64,000 nt of DNA, taken from an uncultured Gemmatimonadaceae bacterium. Lineage in GTDB: Bacteria; Gemmatimonadota; Gemmatimonadetes; Gemmatimonadales; Gemmatimonadaceae. The stretch covers positions 736,001-800,000 of the forward strand of contig CAVXGK010000001.1 in assembly GCA_963761305.1 (NCBI GenBank). The letters are read 5' to 3'. The notes under the pieces are model-generated. The model searched no databases. It was not told where the DNA came from and was given only the letters and a program-made list of their open reading frames with translations. A program made the position numbers and the translations under genes. Of the stretch, positions 19,237 to 29,207 are shown piece by piece; the first letter of the stretch is position 1; every line of letters begins with the position of its first letter.

Positions 19237-20987
19237 GGTCCCAACTCGCCGGTTTCGAGCGAACGCTCGGCGAGGGACTTGAGCCGGGCATCCTGATTTC
19301 GACGGAGCCCGCGGATCGAACGCCGCGCCCGCCGATACGCCATCGGCACGAAGACGCGCGCACAATCAATGTGACCCTCGACGGCTTCGCCGCCCAGGCG
19401 CTCGGCGCGCTCGATCTCCCACGTCGTCCTCGACAACACGGACGTCGCAAGGAAGATGTCGATCGCCGCGTTGGCCATGCGCTCCTGCAGGAACTGCTTT
19501 TCGAGAATCCCCTTGCCGTACTTCATCACCGCCGCCTCGACGCCGAGCGCGAGATCGTGCACCAGCGTCGACACGAGCCCTGCTTCGCGCTCGAGCGATT
19601 CATGAACGCGTGAGAACGCGGGCTTGGTGATCGTGCGCTTCGCCCGCCCCTTGAGGTACTCGCCGATCGCGCCGAGCGAATGGATCGGATCCTTGAACGC
19701 CTGGCCAAGTGACTTCAAGCGCTCGGCGGGCTCCTGCATGCCCATGAGCGCGATGAGCGCGCGCAGGATTTCGTTCGTGCCCTCGAAGATGAGGTTGATG
19801 CGCGAGTCGCGTACGGCCTGTTCGTAGGGGAACTCCTTCGAGTAGCCGATGCCGCCGGCGATCTGCAGCGCGTCGTTCGCGGCGCGAAATGCCAACTCCG
19901 ATCCGAACACCTTGCACGCCGCCGTCTCGAGCGAAAAGTCGATGCCGCCGCGGTCGACCATCCCGGCCGCGACCATCGCCGCCGAATCGAGCGCATAACA
20001 ATCCACGGCGGCCATGGCGATTTTTCGCTGAAGCATCTCGAACGATCCGATCGGCTTGCCGAACTGCTCGCGTTCCTTGGCATAGGCGAGCGCGAGCCGC
20101 ATCACGTGTCGAGTGCCGCGCGCGGACGCCGACGCGAGCCCCAGCCGGCCGGAGTTCAACACCTCCAGCGCGATGTGAAAACCCTGGCCGACGTCGCCGA
20201 GGCGATCGTCGACCGGGACCTTGACCTTGTCGAAGAAGATGGCGCGCGTGTCGGAGGCCTTGATGCCCATTTTCTCTTCGCGTTTGCCGAGCGACACACC
20301 GGGCGCGTGCGCGTCGACGATGAATGCGGTCACGCGGTTCTTGCGCTTCCCTTCGACCTCGACGGCGACCTTGGCGAAGACGGTGAGCAGATCGGCGTAG
20401 CCGGCGTTCGAGATCCAGATTTTCGTTCCGCTCAGGAGATAGTGCGTGCCGTCGTCGCTGAGCGTCGCCGTGGTCTTCATCGCCTGCGCGTCGGAGCCGG
20501 AGCCGGGCTCGGTCAGACAGAACGCGGCGACGAGCTCGCCGGTGGCGCAGCGCGGCAGGTAGCGCTGTTTCTGCGGCTCGGTTCCGAAGAGCACGATTCC
20601 CTTGCAGCCGATCGACTGGTGCGCGCCGAAGTAGACGCAGAGCGCCGGGTCAGTGCCGCCTATCTCGGCGAACACGCGATTATAGACGCGCGCCGGAGCG
20701 CCGAAGCCGCCGTACGCCTCGGGAATGCTGAGTCCCATGAGCCCGAGCTCGTGCAGGCCCTGCCGCACACCATCCGGAAACTGCCCCTCGTGGTCGAACC
20801 GCGAGGAATCGATCTGCTGCGCGGCGTAGGCCCGGAACGAGTCGAGGATCATCGTGAGCGACTCGTGCTCCTCGGCGCTCAGTTCCGGAAACGGAAAGAC
20901 CAGATCCTCGCGGATCTCGCCGAGGAAGACGCCCTTGAGAAAGGACGGGTTGAGATCGGGGGAGGCCAGATGAGGCGAATCGGTCAT
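19212..20987 (-). CDS. Acyl-CoA dehydrogenase (long, VLCAD/ACAD9-like)
   Basis: AHQSIG, FCLTEPGSGSDA, GTKIWISN, KMGIKAS.T, LNSGR, REQFG, GGIGY, RI..IFEGTNEI, plus C-terminal extension. Confidence 0.93.
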   Translation of the reverse strand: MTDSPHLASPDLNPSFLKGVFLGEIREDLVFPFPELSAEEHESLTMILDSFRAYAAQQIDSSRFDHEGQFPDGVRQGLHELGLMGLSIPEAYGGFGAPARVYNRVFAEIGGTDPALCVYFGAHQSIGCKGIVLFGTEPQKQRYLPRCATGELVAAFCLTEPGSGSDAQAMKTTATLSDDGTHYLLSGTKIWISNAGYADLLTVFAKVAVEVEGKRKNRVTAFIVDAHAPGVSLGKREEKMGIKASDTRAIFFDKVKVPVDDRLGDVGQGFHIALEVLNSGRLGLASASARGTRHVMRLALAYAKEREQFGKPIGSFEMLQRKIAMAAVDCYALDSAAMVAAGMVDRGGIDFSLETAACKVFGSELAFRAANDALQIAGGIGYSKEFPYEQAVRDSRINLIFEGTNEILRALIALMGMQEPAERLKSLGQAFKDPIHSLGAIGEYLKGRAKRTITKPAFSRVHESLEREAGLVSTLVHDLALGVEAAVMKYGKGILEKQFLQERMANAAIDIFLATSVLSRTTWEIERAERLGGEAVEGHIDCARVFVPMAYRRARRSIRGLRRNQDARLKSLAERSLETGELGPEAPADER

Positions 20988-21253
20988 TGAGAGCGAGGAT
21001 CGTTCGGTTTCCACGGACCGGCGCGATGCCGACGTCACGCATCGAACTCACGCGAAATCTCACACGTCAGCCTAGAGTCCGGAGCAGAGCCCTACGGAGG
21101 GTCGGTCGCGGTTCTCTCCACTGGACTGTTCGGCGACGGGTGTTTCGCGGCAACGCTGCCTGGAAGTCGCGTGGCGCCGGTGTTTCGATCTACCACCTTG
21201 ACTCGCGTCCGAGGAGATCACTCCCGCAACACAGAACATGCTTGACGCCGGCG

Positions 21254-21717
21254 GGCGAGTTGGACGTCGCGTAGAGCGAGTTGGCGGTCGCGTAGAGCGA
21301 GTCGGAGGTCGTGTCGAGCGAGCCGAATGTCGTGTCGAGCGAACCGAATGTCGTGTCGACCGAACCGAAGGTCGTGTCGAGCGAAACGAACGACGTGTCG
21401 AGCGAACCGAAGGTCGTGTCGAGCGAATCGGGTATCGCGTAGAGCGAGCTGGAGGTCGCGTCGAGCGAGTCGGAGGTCGTGTAGAGCGAGTCGGATGTCG
21501 GGTAAAGCGAGTCGGATGTCGGGTAGAGCGCGTCGGATGTCGGGTAAAGCGAGTCGGATATTGAGCGCAGCGAGTCGGATGTCGAGCACAGCGAGCCGGA
21601 TGTCGGGGCAAACGCGAATCGGGCGTCGAGTACAGCGAATTGGATGTTGAGTAGAGCGAATTGGATGTCGAGCACAGCGAGTTGGATGTCGAGCACAGCG
21701 AGTTGGAGGTCGAGCAA
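21254..21717. repeat. Degenerate tandem array, 22 units of 21 bp
   Basis: Units such as AGCGAGTCGGATGTCGGGTAG, AGCGAACCGAAGGTCGTGTCG and AGCGAGTTGGATGTCGAGCAC; one 23-nt unit at 21611-21633; no spacers. Confidence 0.92.
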
Positions 21718-21770
21718 AGTCAGTCGGCAATCGCTGGTACCAAGCGCGTAGCACTAGTTTTTGAGTCACG

Positions 21771-22607
21771 ATGCGCATCGTATCCTTCCTCGCCGCGGGC
21801 ACCGAGATCGCCAACGCCGTCGGTGCGGGTGACGATCTCCTCGGACGGTCGCACGAGTGCGACTATCCGCCGGGTGTCGAGCGCCTGCCGATCGTGAGTC
21901 GTCCCGCGCTCGACCTTACGGGACTCAGCCAGGCGGAGATCGACGCGGCGGTCGCCAGCCGCATGAACACCGGCGAGAGCCTGTACGTGGTCGACGAACA
22001 GCTGCTGCGCGACCTCGCGCCCGACGTGATCCTCACGCAAGACCTGTGTCACGTGTGCGCGCCGTCCGGCAACGAGCTCACGCGCGCGCTCACGACGCTG
22101 CCAAAGAAGCCGGAGCTGGTGTTTCTGACGCCGCGCACGCTCGCCGAGATCGATGAGAACATTCTCACGGTAGGCCGTGTGACCGGACACGAGGCGGCGG
22201 CGCGCGCCGTCGTCGAGCGCAACCACGAGCGTCTCGATCGGGTGCGCGCCGCGACGCGCGGCAAGACGCCGCGCCGCGTGACGTTCCTCGAATGGGCGGA
22301 TCCGCCGTTCTGCGCCGGCCACTGGGTGCCGGAGATGCTCGAGATTGCCGGCGGCCACGATCCTCTCGGCAGGCCGGGCGCCGACTCGGTGCGCGTGACC
22401 TGGGACGACATTCGCGAGACGCGGCCGGAGATCGTCATCGTCGCGCCATGCGGATTCGGATTGGCCGACGCGCAGCGCATGGCGCGCGAGCTACCCCCGC
22501 TGCCGGGTGCGCGCGTCGAAGCGGTCGACGCGAACGCGTTCTTCGCACGACCCGGGCCTCGCTATGCCGAAGGCGTCGAGGTACTCGCCGAGCTGTTCGC
22601 GCGCTGA
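21771..22607 (+). CDS. Cobalamin/iron-siderophore ABC substrate-binding (BtuF/TroA-like) protein lacking a signal peptide
   Basis: MRIVS....TEI, GRSHECDYP, PDVILTQDLC.VCA, LEW.DP....GHW.PE, PCGF, RPGPR. Confidence 0.85.
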   Translation: MRIVSFLAAGTEIANAVGAGDDLLGRSHECDYPPGVERLPIVSRPALDLTGLSQAEIDAAVASRMNTGESLYVVDEQLLRDLAPDVILTQDLCHVCAPSGNELTRALTTLPKKPELVFLTPRTLAEIDENILTVGRVTGHEAAARAVVERNHERLDRVRAATRGKTPRRVTFLEWADPPFCAGHWVPEMLEIAGGHDPLGRPGADSVRVTWDDIRETRPEIVIVAPCGFGLADAQRMARELPPLPGARVEAVDANAFFARPGPRYAEGVEVLAELFAR

Positions 22608-22620
22608 TAGCCTTCGGCGC

Positions 22621-24096
22621 ATGGAGCCACATGCGCCATCGAATTTGGAGCTCGACGCCGAGACGATGCGGCGGCTCGGCCACCGCGTGGCGGACGCCGT
22701 CGTCGATCATCTCTCGACGCTTCGGCAACAACCGGCGCAGCAGTCGCTGACGCGGGCCGACGCCCGACACACGATCGCGACGCCCGCGCCCGAGCGCGGC
22801 ATGTCGTTCGACGCGATCATGGAATTCCTGGATACGCGAGTGTTCCCCAACCACGCGCGCGAGCCGCATCCGCATTTCATGGGCTACATCCCCAGCTCGC
22901 CGACGTTTCCCGCGGTGCTCGGCGATTGGCTGGCGACGGGATACAACTTTTTTGCCGGCGTGTGGTCCGTCGCGTCCGGGCCGAACGAGATCGAGCTGGT
23001 GGTGCTCGACTGGTTTCGGCGATGGCTCGGCATGCCGGAAGGCACCAGTGGGCTGATCACCTCAGGCGGGTCGACGGCGACGCTGACCGCGCTGGTCGCG
23101 GCGCGTCACGCGGCCGATCCGACGGCGGCGGGATTGCCGCGCATGACGCTCTACGCATCGGACCAGGCCCATTCGTCGGTCGAGCGGGCGGCCTGGATCG
23201 TGGGAATTCCGCGGGCCAATGTCCGCTCGATTCCCACCGACGACGACTATCGCATGCGCGTCGACGCGCTGCGCCAGACGATCGCTGCGGATCGCGAATG
23301 CGGGTTGCTGCCGTTCGCGATCGTCGCGAGCGCCGGCACCACGAACACGGGCGCCGTCGATCCGCTCGACGAGATCGCGAGCGTTTGCGCCGAGGAGTCG
23401 CTGTGGCTCCACGTCGACGCCGCATACGCGGGATTCGCCGCGCTCACCGAATCGGGCGCGGAGGCGCTGCGAGGAATCGAGCGTGCTGATTCAGTGACGC
23501 TCGATCCGCACAAATGGCTCTTTGTGCCGTTCGAGTGCGGCTGTCTCCTCGCCCGCGATCCGCGGCGCCTCGAGGAAGCATTCAGCGTGCATCCGGAGTA
23601 CTTGGGGGACGTGCGGGCGCGAGAGCACGAGGTGAACTTCGCCGACCTCGGACCACAGCTCACGCGCGCGGCGCACGCGCTCAAGATCTGGACGTCGATC
23701 AGCTATTTCGGTGTCGGCGAGATCCGCGAGGCGATCGCGCGCGGCATCCGGCGGGCGGAGTATGCCGCGGAGCGTCTGCGCAAGATGCCGGACTTCGAGA
23801 TTCTGTCGCCGCCGCAATTCGGGGTCGTCTGCTTCCGCGCGCGACCGGCCGACCTGCGCGACGGCGACGACGTCGACGCGCTGAACACGCGAATCAACTC
23901 CCGCGTGAACGCCACCGGCCGCTTTCTGACGTCGTCGACCCGTTTGCGCGGCCGATTTTCGCTCCGGCTGTGCACCCAGGTGCACCGAATGACCGAGGGC
24001 GATGTCGACGAGGTCCTGGACGCAATGGCCGGCGCCTTGAGCCAGGAACGGGGGCTTGTGACCGCAACGCGAGAAGGCGGGGTTCAGCATCGTTGA
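22621..24096 (+). CDS. Group II PLP-dependent amino-acid decarboxylase (aromatic-L-amino-acid decarboxylase-like)
   Basis: HP.FMGYI, SGGS.A, SDQAHSS, AGTTNTGAVD, WLHVDAAYAG, DPHKWL (PLP lysine). Confidence 0.92.
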   Translation: MEPHAPSNLELDAETMRRLGHRVADAVVDHLSTLRQQPAQQSLTRADARHTIATPAPERGMSFDAIMEFLDTRVFPNHAREPHPHFMGYIPSSPTFPAVLGDWLATGYNFFAGVWSVASGPNEIELVVLDWFRRWLGMPEGTSGLITSGGSTATLTALVAARHAADPTAAGLPRMTLYASDQAHSSVERAAWIVGIPRANVRSIPTDDDYRMRVDALRQTIAADRECGLLPFAIVASAGTTNTGAVDPLDEIASVCAEESLWLHVDAAYAGFAALTESGAEALRGIERADSVTLDPHKWLFVPFECGCLLARDPRRLEEAFSVHPEYLGDVRAREHEVNFADLGPQLTRAAHALKIWTSISYFGVGEIREAIARGIRRAEYAAERLRKMPDFEILSPPQFGVVCFRARPADLRDGDDVDALNTRINSRVNATGRFLTSSTRLRGRFSLRLCTQVHRMTEGDVDEVLDAMAGALSQERGLVTATREGGVQHR

Positions 24097-24169
24097 CCAA
24101 TCGTCCGCTGGGGATTGCGCGTCTTGCGCGCCACCAGGGATACTTCGAGTCTCGCGTGTCACCCCTTGT

Positions 24170-24850
24170 ATGCGCCGATTTCTTCTTCTCGCCATTTCGC
24201 TCTCCGCTGCCGCCGCGTGTGGATCCGACGGCGGTGCTGGTAGTACTACCGGTCCCGGCGGTACGACCAGCAATACGCCATACAGCCTCTCCGCCGACTC
24301 GGTGTTCCTCGACCGGACGGCCCTGATCGGCACCTCGCTCCCGACGACGATCAATGTGCAGCTGGGCGGTCTGCCGGCTGCGAACGTCACGGTCACCTGG
24401 ATCGTCGCCAAAGGGAGCGGGTCGCTGAGCGGCACGACGTCCGCGACGGACGCCCTCGGCAACGCGACGGTGACCTGGAAGATCAGCGACACGGCTCAGG
24501 TCAACACGCTCACGGCGACGGCCGGCACGGGCTCCGTCAACGTGACGGCCACCGGAACGCCCGGGCCCGCGACGGTGCTCACCGCGACGAGCGCCGATTC
24601 GACGTCGCTCGTCGCCGGTGCGAGCACGCTGATCAGCGTTCACGCAGCGGATTCGTTCGGGAACGCGGTGCCGGGCGTGGTGGTTCTCTGGTCGTCGTCG
24701 GGCGGCTCGCTCAGTCTGCCGACGTCCACCACGGGCGCGACCGGCAATGCGAGCGTGGTGTTCAGCACCACAGCCACGCCGACCACCTACTCGGTGACCG
24801 CGGCCGCGAGCACGCTGAACCCGCTTTCGTTCAAGGTGATCGGGTTCTGA
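24170..24850 (+). CDS. Lipoprotein with two Ig-like (Big_1/invasin-like) domains
   Basis: Lipobox LSAAAAC; V.VTW....G.GSL....S.TD..G.A.V and DSFGNAVPGV.V.W repeats. Confidence 0.78.
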   Translation: MRRFLLLAISLSAAAACGSDGGAGSTTGPGGTTSNTPYSLSADSVFLDRTALIGTSLPTTINVQLGGLPAANVTVTWIVAKGSGSLSGTTSATDALGNATVTWKISDTAQVNTLTATAGTGSVNVTATGTPGPATVLTATSADSTSLVAGASTLISVHAADSFGNAVPGVVVLWSSSGGSLSLPTSTTGATGNASVVFSTTATPTTYSVTAAASTLNPLSFKVIGF

Positions 24851-24868
24851 GCGGCGCGCCGCCCGGCA

Positions 24869-25621
24869 TCACGCCTCGGGCGTGATCAGGCAGGCGTATT
24901 TGCAGAACACTGAAAACGCGCTCACGGCCGAGACGATGAATCCGGCGCGGCCGTCGCGCCAACCGCTGTACACGAAGTAGTCGCGAATGAAGCGCCAGGC
25001 GGGGCGCAGGACCACGTCGCTGGCGCGAGCGCGGCGGCCGCGCGAACGCATGTCGTCGGCCGCCCATTTCGCGTATTTCGCGATCTTGACCACTTGGTGC
25101 GACAGGTCGCGATACGGATAGTGAATCAACTCGCCGTCGAGCGAGCCCACGTCGCTCGTGTCGATCCGCTCGTGCACCCGCGACGCGTTGAAGCGTTGAT
25201 CGCTCGAGAAGACGCGAATCTTCCAGTCGCGGCCCCACGGTCCGTGGCGAAGCTCGCGGCCGAGGTGCCAGTTGCGCGAACGGACTCGGTAGGCGTTGAA
25301 GCGCGGCGACCCGGTGAGACACAAGTCGGCGATCGAATCGCGAAGCTCGGGCGTGACCATCTCGTCGGCGTCGAGCGCGAGGATCCACGGATTGCGGGCC
25401 GTTTCGATGGCCGCGTTTCGCTGGGCGCCGATCGTCCGGCCGGTGATCGTGAGCACGCGGGCGCCGGAGCTGCGCGCGATGTCCGCCGTGCCGTCCGTCG
25501 AGCCCGCGTCGGCGACGATGACTTCGTCGGCCCACTGAACGGTCTCGATTGCCGACTGGATCCGCGGCGCCTCGTTGAGCGTCGGGATGACGACCGAAAT
25601 CGGAATTCGAGGTTGGATCAT
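24869..25621 (-). CDS. Glycosyltransferase family 2 (WaaE/KdtX-like LPS glucosyltransferase)
   Basis: ISVVIPTLNE, DAGSTDGT, QRN, WILALDADE, VHE, GWRDG..G. Confidence 0.88.
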   Translation of the reverse strand: MIQPRIPISVVIPTLNEAPRIQSAIETVQWADEVIVADAGSTDGTADIARSSGARVLTITGRTIGAQRNAAIETARNPWILALDADEMVTPELRDSIADLCLTGSPRFNAYRVRSRNWHLGRELRHGPWGRDWKIRVFSSDQRFNASRVHERIDTSDVGSLDGELIHYPYRDLSHQVVKIAKYAKWAADDMRSRGRRARASDVVLRPAWRFIRDYFVYSGWRDGRAGFIVSAVSAFSVFCKYACLITPEA

Positions 25622-25806
25622 GGCGCCGCGGGCTGGTCCGACGTAGCACTGATGAATCGGACACGCCGGCCTCGGCGTTCCCGATCCGGCCCTGCCCTTC
25701 GGATCCCGGCGACGCTCGACCGCTCGCAGGGGTCCGCGGAGCAGGCGCTGCTTCTCGCCTCTATGCTACGCGCGGACCCGGGCTCTGCGTTGACGCGAGC
25801 GCGACG

Positions 25807-27087
25807 CTATCGGTGACCTACGACTACCGGCCCCCCGCGGCTGATCGGGCGCGCCGGAAAGCGACCGATCGGTCGGATGGGCTGAACACCAAACGGCCCG
25901 CGGCGAAACGTGCGCGGGAAGAACGGCGTCGCGAAATTTCCGGTCACGATCGGCGCCGACACGAACGGGTAGTACGGGTTGAAGCCATTGCACCCAAGCT
26001 GGGCGCACTGGTTCCAGACGCCGCACCCATACTGAGTGCACTGGTCGTAGTCCGTGGGGTAGTTGTTATAACCCGTATTCTGATTCGTGGGATAACACGC
26101 GACCGCGGTGCAGTACGTCGGTGAACTCGGCTCCTGCTGATACTGATCCTGGTAGACGACCGGCTGCTGCACCGAAGGCTGAATGACGATCACCTGTGGC
26201 GGCGGCCCGGCGTAGTTCATCCCCACGGTCGAGTTCAGGTACGCGTTGGGATCGTAGCCTGCCACTTGGGCGCCCGGTTGCGGTGTCCACGCAACCATCG
26301 CTTGCAGGACGCCCCGCGGCACGTTCGCCTGCGTCAACGTCGCGATCTCGGCGCCGCTCAAGCTGAACCGCTGGCCACTTGCCACGATCCAACTCTGCAC
26401 CGTGCCGGGCTCCACGTAGTGGAGCGCGTCGATCACGTCGTCGACGCCAAGCGCGAGCGCGGCGGTCGCACGCGCCGTCGAGATGGCGAGGCGGTTCGCA
26501 TTGAGCGCGTTCACGATGTCGGCCGGCACGCTGGCGGGAATTCCCGCGTCGTACCAGTGATCGACGTGTTCAATCGAGCCCTGCCCGGCGCGCACTCGCT
26601 CGACGGCGAGCCAGTCGCCGTTGGACGTCAGCGACAGCACGGCGGTCGAGGTGCCGACCAGACCGACGTTGCAGGTGTAGTTCGAGCGCATGTAGACGCG
26701 CCGGGACTTGAGCGCCCACTCGACGGTTCGTGTGCCACGACAACCGTTCTCATCGAACGAGTTCGGGCGGCCGTCGGCGACGAACTGCCGTCGCGAAACG
26801 ATGGAGCCGCGAGTGATGCTCACTTGTTGAACGCCGGATGTCCCGGCGAGCGGGACGACGCAGGTGACACTGACGGTAGCTGGATCCGAGCGTAGCGCGG
26901 CCGCATCGGCCTGCCAGCAGCCCAGCCACGGCGCCCACCGCGGATCCAGGCTCGTCGTAGACATAGATGGCGCATACTGCGCCGGATTTTGCGCGGAGAG
27001 ACGGACTCCCGCGGCCACGACCAAAACGAGCGCGAGCACTTCGCGCATCCGCGGTCGCGGCGGGGTTCCGGAAATTCGGTTCGACAT
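25807..27087 (-). CDS. Secreted hypothetical protein with Tyr/Gln/Cys-rich low-complexity tail
   Basis: Signal-peptide-like N-terminus, DPRWAPWLGCW, Cys-bearing N-domain; GAGG upstream of ATG 27087. Confidence 0.65.
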   Translation of the reverse strand: MSNRISGTPPRPRMREVLALVLVVAAGVRLSAQNPAQYAPSMSTTSLDPRWAPWLGCWQADAAALRSDPATVSVTCVVPLAGTSGVQQVSITRGSIVSRRQFVADGRPNSFDENGCRGTRTVEWALKSRRVYMRSNYTCNVGLVGTSTAVLSLTSNGDWLAVERVRAGQGSIEHVDHWYDAGIPASVPADIVNALNANRLAISTARATAALALGVDDVIDALHYVEPGTVQSWIVASGQRFSLSGAEIATLTQANVPRGVLQAMVAWTPQPGAQVAGYDPNAYLNSTVGMNYAGPPPQVIVIQPSVQQPVVYQDQYQQEPSSPTYCTAVACYPTNQNTGYNNYPTDYDQCTQYGCGVWNQCAQLGCNGFNPYYPFVSAPIVTGNFATPFFPRTFRRGPFGVQPIRPIGRFPARPISRGGPVVVGHR

Positions 27088-27372
27088 GGGTACCTCGGGT
27101 GTTCTTCCTCTATGCATATCCTGGAGCCAGCGCGCCGGCCAGATGCAAAATCCTTTTCCGCGTCTCTCGGCGGATCGCCGGCCTGTCCCACCCGAACAGG
27201 AAGCCGCAGATGCGCGGTTTAGTTGCTCCAACCACCGTTTCGGCGCCGAGCTCGAGTGCGCACCCGAACAGCGTGTCGATTTTCGCGCACCTCGTTCGAC
27301 GTGTCAGTGTAGGCAGTTCGGCCATCAACCCAAACACGAAACGCCAACAAAATGGCAATGGGAGATACGACA

Positions 27373-27804
27373 ATGCGCGTCATGGTCATGGTCAAAGCGA
27401 GCAACAACTCGGAGTCGGGCGCGGCCCCCGACACGAAGATGCTGACCGAGATGGGTGCGTTCAACGACCAGCTCGTGAAGGCCGGGATTCTCCTCGCCGC
27501 TGACGGACTCAGGCCCAGCTCGGCAGGAAAGCGCGTGCAATTCAGCGGAACGAAGCGAACGGTCGTCGACGGTCCGTTCGCCGAGACCAAGGAGCTGGTC
27601 GCCGGCTACTGGATCTGGCAGGTCCGGTCGATGGACGAAGCGCTGGAATGGGTCAAACGCTGCCCGAATCCGATGCCCGGCGAGGATTCGGAGATCGAGA
27701 TTCGGCCCGTCTTCGAATGGGAGGATTTCGCCGAGAGCCTTACGCCCGAGCTGCGCGCGCAAGAAGCGCGGCAGCGCGCGGCAGTCGCCGGGCGAGCGAA
27801 ATAG
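27373..27804 (+). CDS. YciI-family (DGPF domain) protein
   Basis: RBS GGGAG; GLRPSS.G.RV, VVDGPFAETKELVAGYW, EIRP. Confidence 0.92.
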   Translation: MRVMVMVKASNNSESGAAPDTKMLTEMGAFNDQLVKAGILLAADGLRPSSAGKRVQFSGTKRTVVDGPFAETKELVAGYWIWQVRSMDEALEWVKRCPNPMPGEDSEIEIRPVFEWEDFAESLTPELRAQEARQRAAVAGRAK

Positions 27805-27860
27805 GGCCGGTTCGCGCGACGCACTTGCACCACTCGGTCGCGCCGATGTGATTGGAAGCC

Positions 27861-29123
27861 GTGACGGCTTCCGAGACACATCGCGCGATCGAGACGGTGT
27901 GGCGCATCGAGTCGGCGAAACTCATCGCCGGCCTCGCGCGAATCGTGCGCGACGTCGGCCTCGCCGAGGATCTCGCCCAGGACGCATTGGTGGCGGCACT
28001 CGAGCAGTGGCCGGCGTCGGGGGTGCCGACGAATCCGGGCGCCTGGCTCATGGCCACGGCAAAGCATCGAGCCATCGACGCGATGCGCCGGGACGCGTTG
28101 CACGAACGGAAGCACGCGCAGATCGGCGTCGAGCTCGAAGACGAACGCGAGCGCGCCGTGCCTGACCTGGACGCGGCGATCGACGATCACGTGGGCGACG
28201 ACTTGTTGAGCCTCATCTTCACCGCGTGTCACCCGGCGCTCTCCACCGACGCCCGCGTGGCGCTCACGCTTCGCCTGCTCGGCGGGCTGACGACGGACGA
28301 AATCGCCCGCGCGTTCCTGGTGCCCGAATCCACGATCGCCCAACGGATCGTGCGTGCGAAAAAGACGCTCGCCGAGCGTCAGGTCCCGTTTGAAGTACCG
28401 CGCGGCGACGAGTTCACCGCGCGTCTGTCGTCGGTGCTGCAGGTGATCTATCTGATCTTCAACGAGGGCTACTCGGCGACCGCGGGGGACGACCTCGTGC
28501 GCCCGGCGCTCTGCGAGGACGCGCTGCGACTCGGCCGCATACTCGCCGGGCTGGTGGCGAACGATGCCGAAGTGCACGGCCTCGTCGCGCTGATGGAGAT
28601 TCAGGCGTCGCGATTGCGCGCCCGAGTCACGGCGTCGGGCGAGCCGGTGTTGCTGCTCGAGCAGGATCGTTCGCGGTGGGATCAACTTTTGATTCGGCGC
28701 GGCCTCGCGGCCCTCGCGCGGGCCGAGTCGCTCGGCCCCGACCCGGGCTCGTACACGCTGCAGGCGGAGATCGCCGCCCGCCACGCCCGCGCGCGCGTCG
28801 CGTCGGAGACGGACTGGGAGCGCATCGCGACGCTGTACGAGCGGCTGGCTAAGGTCGCGCCGTCGCCAATCGTCGAGCTGAATCGCGCGGTCGCCGTGTC
28901 GATGGCGCACGGCGCGGCGGCCGGACTGGCCATCGTCGACGACTTGGCGGGCGAGGGATCGCTCGAGTCGTACCACCTTCTCCCCGCGGTCCGCGGCGAT
29001 TTCCTGTCGAAGCTCGGCCGCGCATCGGAGGCGCGGCGCGAGTTCGAACGCGCGGCGTCGCTCACCCGAAACGCCCGCGAGCGCGCGCTGCTGCTCGAGC
29101 GGGCTCGCGCCAACGATGGGTGA
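27861..29123 (+). CDS. ECF sigma factor with long C-terminal extension (ECF42-like)
   Basis: AEDLAQDA...ALEQWP, LIFTACHPAL, ALTLR..GGL...EIARAFL, YLIFNEGY, LNRAVA; adjacent to a DGPF gene. Confidence 0.9.
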   Translation: MTASETHRAIETVWRIESAKLIAGLARIVRDVGLAEDLAQDALVAALEQWPASGVPTNPGAWLMATAKHRAIDAMRRDALHERKHAQIGVELEDERERAVPDLDAAIDDHVGDDLLSLIFTACHPALSTDARVALTLRLLGGLTTDEIARAFLVPESTIAQRIVRAKKTLAERQVPFEVPRGDEFTARLSSVLQVIYLIFNEGYSATAGDDLVRPALCEDALRLGRILAGLVANDAEVHGLVALMEIQASRLRARVTASGEPVLLLEQDRSRWDQLLIRRGLAALARAESLGPDPGSYTLQAEIAARHARARVASETDWERIATLYERLAKVAPSPIVELNRAVAVSMAHGAAAGLAIVDDLAGEGSLESYHLLPAVRGDFLSKLGRASEARREFERAASLTRNARERALLLERARANDG

Positions 29124-29207
29124 GCCTCGTGCGTGTAGTGGGTGGCACGAGGCGCGCCCCTGCGCGCATATTCGGACTATATCTGCCGCTTTCGGAGAGC
29201 CGACTCC

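Noticed and set aside
21254..21717. Possible CRISPR array
   Set aside because: The units are contiguous and degenerate with no unique spacers, and there are no cas genes in the window.
21000..21770. Cobalamin riboswitch upstream of the BtuF-like gene
   Set aside because: I could not find the conserved B12-box elements, and the region is mostly the 21-bp array.
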